64,000 nucleotides of DNA from a virus (taxonomy: Duplodnaviria; Caudoviricetes). The translations under genes were made by a program, and so were the position numbers. The number at the start of each line of letters is the position of its first letter. The first letter of the stretch is position 1. The stretch is from IMG/VR virus record IMGVR_UViG_3300016744_000001; one strand, 5' to 3'. This document shows positions 47,051 through 57,056 of the stretch, piece after piece. The notes under the pieces are model-generated. The model did no database searches and was not told the origin of the DNA. It saw only the letters and a list, made by a program, of their open reading frames with translations.

Positions 47051-49906
47051 TTAACTGATTGCTGTGTATTCCAGTTCAAGCTGGTCTTGAAGGATCAATT
47101 GCTTGTCCTCACTCAATACCAACTGTTGCTTCAATGAAGGCTGGGCACTTGAGTCCTCATTGACCAGAGTCTGAAGATCTGTGCTACCTTCAATGCCAAG
47201 GGCATCAATGGAATCGATGTAAGCGATCTTTTCCTTGATGGCTTTTGCCATGTCAGTCTGGGAGATGATCGACAGCTTGAGCATGTCGTTGATCAAGCTA
47301 GTTGACGAATCAAAGATGACCTTTTTGATCGAGGTGTCATTGGTCACCAAGCGATCAACATGGACCTTGAACCTCATCGTCAAATCCAAAGGCAAGATCA
47401 CTTCTACCCCATCACCAGTGTAGTACTTGGCACTGCCAGTGGTACGACTGGGTTTGAAGTAGATATTCGTTCGTTCAGTGATGTACCCCTTTGAATCACG
47501 AATCAGCTGGAAGTTGGTTTCAAACATCTCAACCAATCCAGAAACAAAAGCTACTTGTGTCGGATGTTCGCTGATGTACAGTTTACCATCAAACACTGGC
47601 GCTTGGATGAGGTATTCATTGACACGTTGGTCTTGGACAATCGGATTGCCCGTGGTGTCAAGACAGATCTCACCTTTCTTGTGCAACAGTTCAGGATTGC
47701 CATCCAGACCAATGATGGTGTCACCAGCCGCATGGATCTTGACCAGCGGGAAGACGGGGACGTTATCAGCATCCGTTTGGTACACGTCAGCCGGATAAGT
47801 GCACGGGATGTCGACAGCATACCGGAGGTATTCTTTCTTGGTCTTGGTCAGGTTGACACCATTGTAGATGACGTCATCAAGAGCATGACCAAAGTTGACA
47901 ATCATGGACTGCTTCAGTAAAGCACAGTACCCGTTCATGACATTCGTTGGTACGGTTGAGTACATGTGTGGAGGTGTTGACACATCAGGGAAATGTTCTT
48001 GCTTGACAAGGTACGTGATGTCAAACTTGGTCGACAATGAGACACGATGATTCAGCGTGGTAGCTTCATCCTTGACATTGGTCAAGTTGATCTCATTGTC
48101 TTCAGTAATCCAATAATCGGTCTCCAACTTGCACTCGTAAAGAGTGTAGTCATCAGCCGTGCCCACCTTTGTTGCCGCAACACCGATGATCGCACCATCG
48201 GTGGAAGTTGCTGACAGCCAGACGGTGATGTCAGATTCAGGAATTTCATCAAGATAGTCTTTCTTGACAACCAAGTGAATGAGGAAACTGCCACCACCGT
48301 TGTCTTGGTGGGTGATTGCTTCACTGATCGTGAGCATTTGTGCCAAGGCGTTCGGGTTGTCCTCAGCAATGGTCATCTTCTCGATGGTTGGCTGCATCAA
48401 GTTGTAGGCGATCGCTGTCGGGTAAACAAGCTTTGGTAGCAACCGAATGTGGAAGGGTGTTCTGACATATCGGTTATTGTTGAACTCCGCTGCGAGCTCT
48501 TCTTTGTTGAGTGTCGCAATGAAGTTAACTTCATCATCCGTTAGCGGCAAGCATGAATCTTGATTCATTTCAAACTTGAACCAAGTATTCGGAAGAATGG
48601 TCATGGTGCCGTCAACATTCTTCTTGATTGTGCTCACGGTTTCGTGGATCGTTGGATAAATCCGAAGATACGTGTTGGTCGATGGCATGATGTTGTTTTC
48701 AGCATCGAGGAACGGTTTGTAGATGAAGTACATCAGGTTGGTCAGGTTGTCCTGATACCGTTGCACTTTGATCCCGTACGTTGAGTAGTAGTTCTGCACA
48801 TCAATCGGTGTGATCTGAGCTTTTGTTTTGAAGCTATCAGTGATCACTCGTTGACGTTTTTCTTCGAACGTGTATCCATCAGTACCTTCAGTGGTAGTCG
48901 GCGACTCGATGTTGATCAACACAGTCGGGATGTACCTGAGTGGTTCTGAATAAGCATCAGCCTGAACACCATCAAGGTTCCAGTTGAAACCAACCTGATC
49001 AGCAGGCAAAGCCCCAACGTTACTGGTGATATTACCTTTGGTGGTGTAGGTCTCAACGTACAGTTTAAGACCCATATAGCCAAGAGTGAAATAGATCTGT
49101 GGGATGTTCACCACAAACTTGTTGATGTCCTGCTCCACTTGCAATCTGGCTGTGGGCACGGTGGGATCGTAGTTATCCTGAACCAGGGACTGACTCAGTT
49201 CAATCCTTTTCCCGTTGTAATCAGTGAACAACCGAACGGCGTAGAACTTGTCTGTGTAACTGATTGTGCTGTTGCAGCCAGTGGATTTTTGGATCACCAC
49301 TTCAGTTTTGGTACGGGAGAACTGATACACCGTGAGGTGCATGACGATCAGTGTGAACCCAAGATAGTTGAGTTCATTGAACTCTACTCGGTTTGAGTCC
49401 AACGACATCAACGGGTGTTGCTCACTGATGTCATACGTGACCAGCGGCACACCACTACGTTCATCTACCTGAATCCTGATCGGGTAGTACAATGAGAATT
49501 CAAGATTGCCAAGCTTGATTGTGGTGTCTTTGGGGATCACCAGAACGCGGTAGCTGTTATTGACAAGAACACCTTTTGTCAGGACGTAGTTCTTATCAAT
49601 CGACAAGGCGATTGTTGCTTTGCTGGGAGTAGCAAAGCTGCCGACGTAGTCGTAATCCGACATATGCAGATTCAGATCGGCATCAGTCATTGCCCGGTTT
49701 GCCAAACGGCGTTCATTTTCTTTTTCAGTAGCGAACGCATAGTCAGCAGTTACATCGCTAAAACCCTCAATCAGTGAGATAGCAACTGAGTTTGGGTCAA
49801 CAAGTACGGCTGAACCACCAAGAAATTTTGATTCAAGGTGTTCGTACAATCTGGTCTGGAGATTGACCGGATTTGACATCAATTGAAGTGCAGTGATTTC
49901 GGCCAT
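47051..49906 (-). CDS. virion structural protein, baseplate-wedge-like (phiKZ gp87-like)
   Basis: LVDPNS, DLNLHMSDYDYVGSFATPS, YDPTVPTA, IPQIYF, YTTKG, HKKGE motifs; 951 aa. Confidence 0.75.
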   Translation of the reverse strand: MAEITALQLMSNPVNLQTRLYEHLESKFLGGSAVLVDPNSVAISLIEGFSDVTADYAFATEKENERRLANRAMTDADLNLHMSDYDYVGSFATPSKATIALSIDKNYVLTKGVLVNNSYRVLVIPKDTTIKLGNLEFSLYYPIRIQVDERSGVPLVTYDISEQHPLMSLDSNRVEFNELNYLGFTLIVMHLTVYQFSRTKTEVVIQKSTGCNSTISYTDKFYAVRLFTDYNGKRIELSQSLVQDNYDPTVPTARLQVEQDINKFVVNIPQIYFTLGYMGLKLYVETYTTKGNITSNVGALPADQVGFNWNLDGVQADAYSEPLRYIPTVLINIESPTTTEGTDGYTFEEKRQRVITDSFKTKAQITPIDVQNYYSTYGIKVQRYQDNLTNLMYFIYKPFLDAENNIMPSTNTYLRIYPTIHETVSTIKKNVDGTMTILPNTWFKFEMNQDSCLPLTDDEVNFIATLNKEELAAEFNNNRYVRTPFHIRLLPKLVYPTAIAYNLMQPTIEKMTIAEDNPNALAQMLTISEAITHQDNGGGSFLIHLVVKKDYLDEIPESDITVWLSATSTDGAIIGVAATKVGTADDYTLYECKLETDYWITEDNEINLTNVKDEATTLNHRVSLSTKFDITYLVKQEHFPDVSTPPHMYSTVPTNVMNGYCALLKQSMIVNFGHALDDVIYNGVNLTKTKKEYLRYAVDIPCTYPADVYQTDADNVPVFPLVKIHAAGDTIIGLDGNPELLHKKGEICLDTTGNPIVQDQRVNEYLIQAPVFDGKLYISEHPTQVAFVSGLVEMFETNFQLIRDSKGYITERTNIYFKPSRTTGSAKYYTGDGVEVILPLDLTMRFKVHVDRLVTNDTSIKKVIFDSSTSLINDMLKLSIISQTDMAKAIKEKIAYIDSIDALGIEGSTDLQTLVNEDSSAQPSLKQQLVLSEDKQLILQDQLELEYTAIS

Positions 49907-49917
49907 GATAACGATCC

Positions 49918-51294
49918 TTATACAAAGGTAATGTTTCCTGTGGTGGTGGTACTGCTGGATGACGTAGCTGAATCCACATGGGATTGGTACTGAGTGATCA
50001 GGGTGCTTTCCTGTGTGTCAAACTGCGATTGCAGTTGCTGGATTTCCGCAGCAGTTGCTTCAGCTTCAGTGAGGACAGGATACATGATACCAGTTGTTTC
50101 ATCAACTTGGTACGTGACTTTGTCAGCGTACTCAGCTTTTGTCCTGAAGATGTCCAGTCTTGGCCCACGTGGAGTGTACGTAATGTACGGTATCCCAGTG
50201 TAATTGTACTCAGGCAAAATGTAGTTTCTGATCAAACCGGCATTTGTAGCCCTGGTATCCAACTGGTTTTCATTCACCACCGCTTCTTCCGTTGGACCAT
50301 TCTCATTGATGCTCCCATTGCCCCTGAGCATCTTCATGGTCGGAAAATAGCGTTCAACTAACGTGTTAAACTCTTTGATCACGATGGGATCATCTTCATC
50401 AACGTGCCCTGATCCGCACCGAAACCCAATTGAAAACTTTCGGCAGCCTTCAGCAAAGATGTCTCGAGTGTTGTAGTCAAACACTGAAGCACCATTCCGA
50501 CTGATTGGAAAACATCCGGTGTACTTTGCCCAGCGTTGAATGTATTGAAAAGATGGGTCCATCATGAACCGATAGAAGGACACTGTGTAGTTCAGGATCT
50601 GATCATCAATTTGATCAGGGTACAGAATCATTTCACCTGAGTTGATTAGTTCGATGTACAACATCCAGAACTTTATTGCTGCAGCAATTGGTCCACCTGC
50701 TGGATCAACTACACCAACTTGCAAGTCAAATGGTTTCTTGTAGCTATCACTGCCAGTAGCGAATGACTGGGATTCACCAAAGAAACCACCTTCCTCAGTG
50801 TGAGCATCAATCTGATAAGTTGGACCACCAGAGAAATCAGTGAGGTTATTGGTGATCAAGGTAAAGAATGGATTTCTCCAATCAAGAAATGGACACTGTG
50901 CCACTCGAGAAAACCCGTTGGTTCGAGCATATCGAGTATCCAAGTACGCTCTGATTGCAAACTGAACCGTACGATAGTCTGTTGTTCGCAGTAGTGACAT
51001 GATTCGGTTCTGGGTGAGATTTGTGTCTGTCAAGTTGAGTTCAGGTCTGGTCATGAACAGATAACCCGTCCGAACGTAATTATCCATGACAAACCGAGTA
51101 CCGTAACGGTTGAACTTCGAAAAGTTGTTTATCAGTTGGTGATCATGTTCGCCCCAACCAGAACCAAGGAACGCAGCATTGAGTCCTTGACTATAAAGAC
51201 TCTGAATTTTATCTTCAATTGCAGTTGCACGATTGCCGGCAAGGCTGTTCAATTGTGTCTGCAGTTCATTGAAAAGACTCAGTTCATCGGACAT
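49918..51294 (-). CDS. virion structural protein (phiKZ gp88-like)
   Basis: GYLFMTRPELNL, LITNNL, YRFMMDP, EFNTLV motifs. Confidence 0.7.
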   Translation of the reverse strand: MSDELSLFNELQTQLNSLAGNRATAIEDKIQSLYSQGLNAAFLGSGWGEHDHQLINNFSKFNRYGTRFVMDNYVRTGYLFMTRPELNLTDTNLTQNRIMSLLRTTDYRTVQFAIRAYLDTRYARTNGFSRVAQCPFLDWRNPFFTLITNNLTDFSGGPTYQIDAHTEEGGFFGESQSFATGSDSYKKPFDLQVGVVDPAGGPIAAAIKFWMLYIELINSGEMILYPDQIDDQILNYTVSFYRFMMDPSFQYIQRWAKYTGCFPISRNGASVFDYNTRDIFAEGCRKFSIGFRCGSGHVDEDDPIVIKEFNTLVERYFPTMKMLRGNGSINENGPTEEAVVNENQLDTRATNAGLIRNYILPEYNYTGIPYITYTPRGPRLDIFRTKAEYADKVTYQVDETTGIMYPVLTEAEATAAEIQQLQSQFDTQESTLITQYQSHVDSATSSSSTTTTGNITFV

Positions 51295-51410
51295 GTATCA
51301 CCTCAGTGGATATCTATAATGATCTTGTTGAACTCATCGTATAGGATGAAACCCTAACAAATTAAGGTTGCTCCGCTAAATCAATATAAACATGCAAAAG
51401 GACTTGACCC

Positions 51411-52589
51411 ATGGCTAACACTCCTATCATCGCTGGATTCGAAGGGATCGATGATCTTTTCGTTGACAAAAATGGTGAAGCCACACTTGGTAAGCTGTTT
51501 AACTACTTGACCACAATTGAAGATCGTGTTTCCATGTCCCTTCCCGCTTACCTTAAGCGAGCCGTGGTCGAGAGCAAGGTCTACGTTACCAAAGATGCCG
51601 CAATGGAAGAATGTATCAACGATCTTCTGTTCTGCATCAATGGTCAGTATGCTGGTTGGGTCATGGCAGCCTTGGCAATGAACCAGTTTGTTGGCGGAAC
51701 AAAAGTTCGTGACATCCTTGAGACAGTTGCGACAGAGGCTTATAATAAAGCTCCTGCTTTCAAGGATACCTCAGAATTGATAGCCGGACTGAACACGTTC
51801 AGGAATGTCGAAGCTCCGAACATTTACAGCGGAGCGAAGATGGCGATCAACCCAGTCATCCCGAACGATCCGAATGACAAAGAGTCAGACGTACCGATGC
51901 ACGGTGCTGCTGGCAGCAAAGTCGTTGAACTACCCAAAGACTACCGACTGGTGTCAGGCATCATCGTCGATGTGAACTTTGCTATCGGTCAGGTCAAGGG
52001 TGGGATATCAGTTCCAGTAGCAGTCAGGTTGCTTCCCACCGTGGTCTCTAGTGAAGTGGCGAAGCAGTTCTTTGCTACCAACTTCCATCTGGACACCTGG
52101 ATGCGCTGGTTCAAAGTCACCACTGGTGAGATTAAGTTCTGGCGTGACTTCATGTTTGAAATGGATAAGCTTGACGAACGAGTCAAGGCCATCAAGAAAG
52201 ACAAGACGGGTGTGCTGGAAGACATGATTGATCGTCAGCAGAACTCCTTGAGCTCTTATGTGCTGAAGATCCTTGGTTGGCGGCAGAACCGTCAGAACAT
52301 CGCCAGCACGGTGCATGTGTTCACCAAGTACGAGTTCGATCAGTTCTGTCACGACACGCATTGCAATTTCAACAATGCCAGTGATCGTTTGAAGTACTTC
52401 CGCAAGACCATGGCCATGATGGTGGCAGTGATCGACAGTGAGTACAATACTGTCGATATGTACTACGCCGGTGTTGGCCAGAAGGCCCGGTACCAGTTCT
52501 CGCAGCTGCAGAATTTCACCAAACCAAACCAGTATGACCTGACTTCAGTCATGCGTGCGTTTGCCAATACTCAAGCCCCGAGGTTCTAG
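51411..52589 (+). CDS. inner-head protein (phiKZ gp89-like)
   Basis: VATE candidate cleavage site; WMRWFKVTTGEIKFWRDFMF...KKDKTG; C-terminal APRF. Confidence 0.7.
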   Translation: MANTPIIAGFEGIDDLFVDKNGEATLGKLFNYLTTIEDRVSMSLPAYLKRAVVESKVYVTKDAAMEECINDLLFCINGQYAGWVMAALAMNQFVGGTKVRDILETVATEAYNKAPAFKDTSELIAGLNTFRNVEAPNIYSGAKMAINPVIPNDPNDKESDVPMHGAAGSKVVELPKDYRLVSGIIVDVNFAIGQVKGGISVPVAVRLLPTVVSSEVAKQFFATNFHLDTWMRWFKVTTGEIKFWRDFMFEMDKLDERVKAIKKDKTGVLEDMIDRQQNSLSSYVLKILGWRQNRQNIASTVHVFTKYEFDQFCHDTHCNFNNASDRLKYFRKTMAMMVAVIDSEYNTVDMYYAGVGQKARYQFSQLQNFTKPNQYDLTSVMRAFANTQAPRF

Positions 52590-52591
52590 CG

Positions 52592-53575
52592 ATGGATATA
52601 TTCAAGAATTTGGAGACCGCGCTGGTTTCACTGATCAAGAAAAAGCTCAAGTTGAACTCGCTGAGCCCGGACAACATCAAACAGGTTTGTGAATTTCAGG
52701 AAGGTTACCTCCGTAATCTGATCGAAGCCATGGAAGTATTTGAAGACAACGTCATGCTGAACTTGCGTGACAAATACTTCGCCACTCCGAAACGGCGTGA
52801 CCGGATCGACAACCAGCATCTGATTCTGGACCTTAAGTCCAAGCTGTCAGGTAAGGCTGGTCTGTACGAGCGGAACCGCACTTTTGGTGCTGCACTCAAG
52901 GTAGCAAAAGACTACCTTAAGATCATGGTGGAAATTCGGGTGAACGCCGCCAAACTGCTCAGTGACAAATCTATCACGATTGACTCTGCAAGGATCACTG
53001 ACGTGATGGTTCTTGGGGTACTGCGGGAAGTGGACGTATTTGTACGGTACACTTCATACCTGTGGGAATACTTCCGAATGGTCATCGAACAGAGTCCGAA
53101 AGATCAAGATCTGTATCGGGCGAGGTATCTTGCTGACAATCAGGACTTGTATTTCGCAATCCTGAACAACGTTTGCGATCGCCAGAGCAACTACTCATTC
53201 ATGGTTGAAGCCAGAGCAATTAAACGGAAGAACGCTGACCTTGTGCTGTATGCCAATGGTAACAGCTTCTTCCCTGTGGTCAAGCCAAGCGAATACAACG
53301 ATGACACCAAGCAGATCCTTGCCAGTGGCATCCTCGGGCTGAACTTCTTTGCTTGGGTGGTTTCGAAATGGGATGAATGGAAACACACCCAGTATAAGAA
53401 GATGAAGGTGCACAAGGAATGGCTTGAACAAGAACAAGCCCGCCTTCGTCAGATCGTGATGGATGCTGATCCTAACAGCTCACAAGTTGCTACCACTGAA
53501 AAGTACATCGAAGCGTACAGCGCTAAGATCACCGAGCTTGATCGGGAAATCAGTGAGTACGAGAAGGACGTGTAG
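52592..53575 (+). CDS. inner-head protein (phiKZ gp90-like)
   Basis: follows the gp89-like gene; C-terminal WDEW...coiled coil. Confidence 0.6.
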   Translation: MDIFKNLETALVSLIKKKLKLNSLSPDNIKQVCEFQEGYLRNLIEAMEVFEDNVMLNLRDKYFATPKRRDRIDNQHLILDLKSKLSGKAGLYERNRTFGAALKVAKDYLKIMVEIRVNAAKLLSDKSITIDSARITDVMVLGVLREVDVFVRYTSYLWEYFRMVIEQSPKDQDLYRARYLADNQDLYFAILNNVCDRQSNYSFMVEARAIKRKNADLVLYANGNSFFPVVKPSEYNDDTKQILASGILGLNFFAWVVSKWDEWKHTQYKKMKVHKEWLEQEQARLRQIVMDADPNSSQVATTEKYIEAYSAKITELDREISEYEKDV

Positions 53576-53576
53576 T

Positions 53577-54644
53577 ATGTCAATGGTTGCTGAAAACTCA
53601 ACACCGAAAGGCATGTCGCGGCGAGTAAGATTGAATGCCATGGACTGGATGATCCGGAACTATGCACATCCTTACAACCGAAAGATCAACAATTTCTTGT
53701 GCCGCTTTTCCCACCTGATTCGGCACATCAAACCTGAGGAAGTCGACCTCGAACTTGCTTGGGGTCATGGCTTATTGAACGGTGAGCTGCAGGATGTGCC
53801 ATTTGACAGTACATCTGGACTCATTCAAAACTACCTGGTGGAACATCGGTCCGACATTCGTCGCCAAGTGTACACCACACTTGCAGACTGGTTGATGGTG
53901 ATGACAAAGATCTTCGATCGTACTCAGTTCAAAGCTGACGACGATTATACGGACAGCTGTGCTTGGGACAGCCGTTATGACATGATTGACCTGGGTTACA
54001 CCATCAAGCTGCCTAAGGCCACCAGAGAAATCCTTGATGATCTGGTGAAGTTCATCCAGACCACGTCGTTTGAACGTGACTGGGAATGGCAGCAATTGGA
54101 GTACAAGCTTGACATGGCAATGACCTCAGTGAAGGATGCCAACAAGCGGTATGAGAAGGTCCTCAACGATATCATCTACGATGATACTTTGGATGACCAT
54201 CCTCAAGTGACTGGTCAAACTCGACTTGTCTCTGATTATGCTGTGCCACTGTTGTCAGTGATTCCGCAGAATCAGTTTGACCACAGTCTGTCGGTCCCCA
54301 GTGAAGTGGTGATGAACTCCTTGACACCAAGAAAACTGAAAATCTACTCAAGCATTTTTGGTCTCTTGGCATGCTTGCGCTTGGTGCGCATGGAAGGTGA
54401 GTTTGCCAAGTTTCTGCCATCTTGGATGGTGACGGGTGACCCAAGAGACAAAGATCCTTTTGCAGAACACGGGAATGATGTTTTGCTGGAACAATGGCTT
54501 GACCATTTGCCAACGTATCATCCTTCATTCGTTCTCTTGCTGAAAGAACGGAAAAACTTCACGTACACTGGTTCTCACCGGGACCCGTACAGTGACTGTT
54601 CCGTTGCATTGGCCTATCTCAGAGCGATGTTTCCATTCATCTAG
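53577..54644 (+). CDS. hypothetical virion-associated protein
   Basis: 355 aa; ATG immediately after the upstream stop. Confidence 0.65.
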   Translation: MSMVAENSTPKGMSRRVRLNAMDWMIRNYAHPYNRKINNFLCRFSHLIRHIKPEEVDLELAWGHGLLNGELQDVPFDSTSGLIQNYLVEHRSDIRRQVYTTLADWLMVMTKIFDRTQFKADDDYTDSCAWDSRYDMIDLGYTIKLPKATREILDDLVKFIQTTSFERDWEWQQLEYKLDMAMTSVKDANKRYEKVLNDIIYDDTLDDHPQVTGQTRLVSDYAVPLLSVIPQNQFDHSLSVPSEVVMNSLTPRKLKIYSSIFGLLACLRLVRMEGEFAKFLPSWMVTGDPRDKDPFAEHGNDVLLEQWLDHLPTYHPSFVLLLKERKNFTYTGSHRDPYSDCSVALAYLRAMFPFI

Positions 54645-54746
54645 CTCTTCAAATAGGAATGGTAGTTATCAATGTATGTGTCTGTCGACAAACACTTAAC
54701 TCACTGATCTATAGATCTCAGTGACCCTTTCGAAAGGATTACCATC

Positions 54747-55874
54747 ATGGCCAATCTGAAAAACTCGCGCAGTGCTTTTGAGCGTCTTCAGCATCGTTAC
54801 GAAGGCGATGACGGCGAAGGCACAACCATTGAAGTGACCATCATCGCCGACGCTGACGCTGAAGCCGTTGAAGCGGCTCTTGACGAAGAAGAAGCGTCTG
54901 CTGACATCGCTGATGGCGAAGCCACTGCTGATGACGACGCCGCTGGCGAAGAAGAAGCCGCTGAACTGAGCGCCATGGCCGAAGTGCTGCGCGCCGAAGG
55001 TCTTACCCCCGGCATGTACGCCCTGCTGCAGGCCTCAGGCAAATGCGCTCTGTACAACATTGCCATGCCCGGCAAAGAAACCATGGATGTCGCTGGTCGC
55101 AACGACGCCATGGCCACTGCCATCGCCAGTGCTTTTGAAGCCACTGCCGCCGGTTTCTGGGAAGGCACCAAGAACTTCTTTGCCAAGATCTGGGATGCCA
55201 TCATCCGCGCGTTCATCTGGATCAAGACACACGTCGGTGGCGTGGAAACACGCGTGAAGCGTGCCCACGACTCCCTCAGCGGCAAATCCTTTGACGCTGA
55301 AAAGGGCAAAGACGTGAAGGCGAAAGACCTCAGCGAAGAAAAGTTGAAGGGCCTCGCCAGCGCTGCCAGTACTGTGCTGGAAAAAATGCGTTCGGTCTCC
55401 AGCTCCATGCGTGAGGGCTGGTCAGTGTCTGATGCCATGCCGGCCAATGACGCTCTCCAGCGTGCCACCGGTTACAAGCTTGCCGAAGGCGGCAAGGGTC
55501 TTGAAGAAGCCGACGAAAAGTTCATGGAAGGCGAAGAAATCGCCGTGACTGACGCCGTCTTCAAAGCATACCAGGGCAGCCGCTTCACCGCCATTCAGGC
55601 GATCATCACGATGATCAAGAAGGCCGATGCTTACAAGACTGACGCAGAAGCTTGCAAGAAAGCCTTTATCTCGTTCACCGAGAACAACAACAAAAACAAG
55701 GGCGAAAACGGCAAGATGAGCGAAGAAGCCAAGAAGAGCATCAAGACGGCCAAAGAAGCCAGCTCCGCTTGGATGAAGATCGTTGGCCGTCAGGTCAAGG
55801 TTCTCGCCCGCGCCTGCTCCATGTACGTCAACGGCTGCGGCAAAGCTCGTGCTTGCGCCAAGTCCGCCGACTAG
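54747..55874 (+). CDS. abundant internal head/ejection protein with acidic propeptide
   Basis: acidic N-terminus, SAFE site, then GFWEGTKNFFAKIWDAII amphipathic helix; strongly biased codons. Confidence 0.75.
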   Translation: MANLKNSRSAFERLQHRYEGDDGEGTTIEVTIIADADAEAVEAALDEEEASADIADGEATADDDAAGEEEAAELSAMAEVLRAEGLTPGMYALLQASGKCALYNIAMPGKETMDVAGRNDAMATAIASAFEATAAGFWEGTKNFFAKIWDAIIRAFIWIKTHVGGVETRVKRAHDSLSGKSFDAEKGKDVKAKDLSEEKLKGLASAASTVLEKMRSVSSSMREGWSVSDAMPANDALQRATGYKLAEGGKGLEEADEKFMEGEEIAVTDAVFKAYQGSRFTAIQAIITMIKKADAYKTDAEACKKAFISFTENNNKNKGENGKMSEEAKKSIKTAKEASSAWMKIVGRQVKVLARACSMYVNGCGKARACAKSAD

Positions 55875-55884
55875 GAGGTTCACC

Positions 55885-55911
55885 ATGAAAGGCTGGCCTC
55901 TGCTCGGATAA
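55885..55911 (+). CDS. putative micropeptide MKGWPLLG
   Basis: GGAGG SD 6 nt upstream; homologous to the ORF at 59355. Confidence 0.4.
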   Translation: MKGWPLLG

Positions 55912-55937
55912 CTTGACCTAGTTAAGTCGGTTCATTT

Positions 55938-55972
55938 GTCTACCCTCTACCCGTTTTGGGTAGAGGGTAGAC
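55938..55972 (+). terminator. 15-bp hairpin plus U-tract
   Basis: gtctaccctctaccc-gtttt-gggtagagggtagac-ttttt. Confidence 0.75.
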
Positions 55973-56038
55973 TTTTTAGTTCTAACATTGCTTTAGCCTA
56001 TGAATACCAAACATTCCACATGGAGCAATTAAAGAATC

Positions 56039-57043
56039 ATGGACACATTAATTGACTCACAAGAATTTGTACTCTTTGATCAACAAACTCGTGAACAACT
56101 GGGTCAGTTGTACACGGTTGCAAATGAGTCAGCTTCAGAACTAATCGAAGGCATGGAAGAAGCTGATCAAATGATCCGTTATCCTGCGCTGGCCAAAGAA
56201 GGACTGATTGGCGAAGCGTACAACTTTGTGATGCTCTGTCTGCGATCTCTCTTGAACCTGGTAGAGAAAGTCATCGCTTGGTTCTCGGAAAAGATCAACC
56301 ACTTTGTGAACATCCGCCAGAAGGTCAAGAAGCACAATGACGGTCGGGTGGATAAGTTTCGGTCATTGTACACTGGGTTTACTGTGACCGAAAAAGCAGA
56401 AGCAAACACAAAGTTCAAGTCTTTGCACATTGACTATTGCCCCCCTCACCAACAGTATATCCAGATGTGCAATCTTTTCAATCAGGTCACCAACTACCTA
56501 GCAAGCAACGTTACCAGTTACGTAAGCCGTGATGTGGCGTTGTTTTGGTCGAACGTTGACCCTGAAGTGATCCCAGCTTGGTGTGACGCTGAACTGATGG
56601 AAGTCCTTGCCAAGTTTGGTATCAAGATGGATGTGGATAACTTCAGTTATACCTCACCATTTACTGCCATGCCCCGGATGACCATGGATGAAGGTGGTTA
56701 CAACATCGAGTCCATCGCAGACATCAACTACCATTACGCCAAGTTTGTGTATGGTAATCTGCGAATCATCATCGGGTTGAAGAAACAGTTTGAAGAGTTT
56801 GAGAATGTGATCAAGCTCAAGGAAAAAGAAGCCGCGAAGCTGGCAGGAGAAGGTAGCAAAGCTTCTTTTGCTGCGGCTACCAAGAAGATCAGCAAGTCAA
56901 TTGCGGTGAGTATTCGCTTAACCAATTATCTGACCCAAATTGAGGAAGCACTGGACACACGTCGTGGCTGGATCAGCATGCGTGGTGTTGAGGCGTGTGT
57001 CAAAACCGTTAACAAAGATGCTGCTGCTGTTGAGTTTCAGTAG
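56039..57043 (+). CDS. internal head protein paralogue
   Basis: acidic N-terminus, A-x-E (ALAKE) followed by an amphipathic helix. Confidence 0.65.
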   Translation: MDTLIDSQEFVLFDQQTREQLGQLYTVANESASELIEGMEEADQMIRYPALAKEGLIGEAYNFVMLCLRSLLNLVEKVIAWFSEKINHFVNIRQKVKKHNDGRVDKFRSLYTGFTVTEKAEANTKFKSLHIDYCPPHQQYIQMCNLFNQVTNYLASNVTSYVSRDVALFWSNVDPEVIPAWCDAELMEVLAKFGIKMDVDNFSYTSPFTAMPRMTMDEGGYNIESIADINYHYAKFVYGNLRIIIGLKKQFEEFENVIKLKEKEAAKLAGEGSKASFAAATKKISKSIAVSIRLTNYLTQIEEALDTRRGWISMRGVEACVKTVNKDAAAVEFQ

Positions 57044-57056
57044 CGAAGGAACTATC

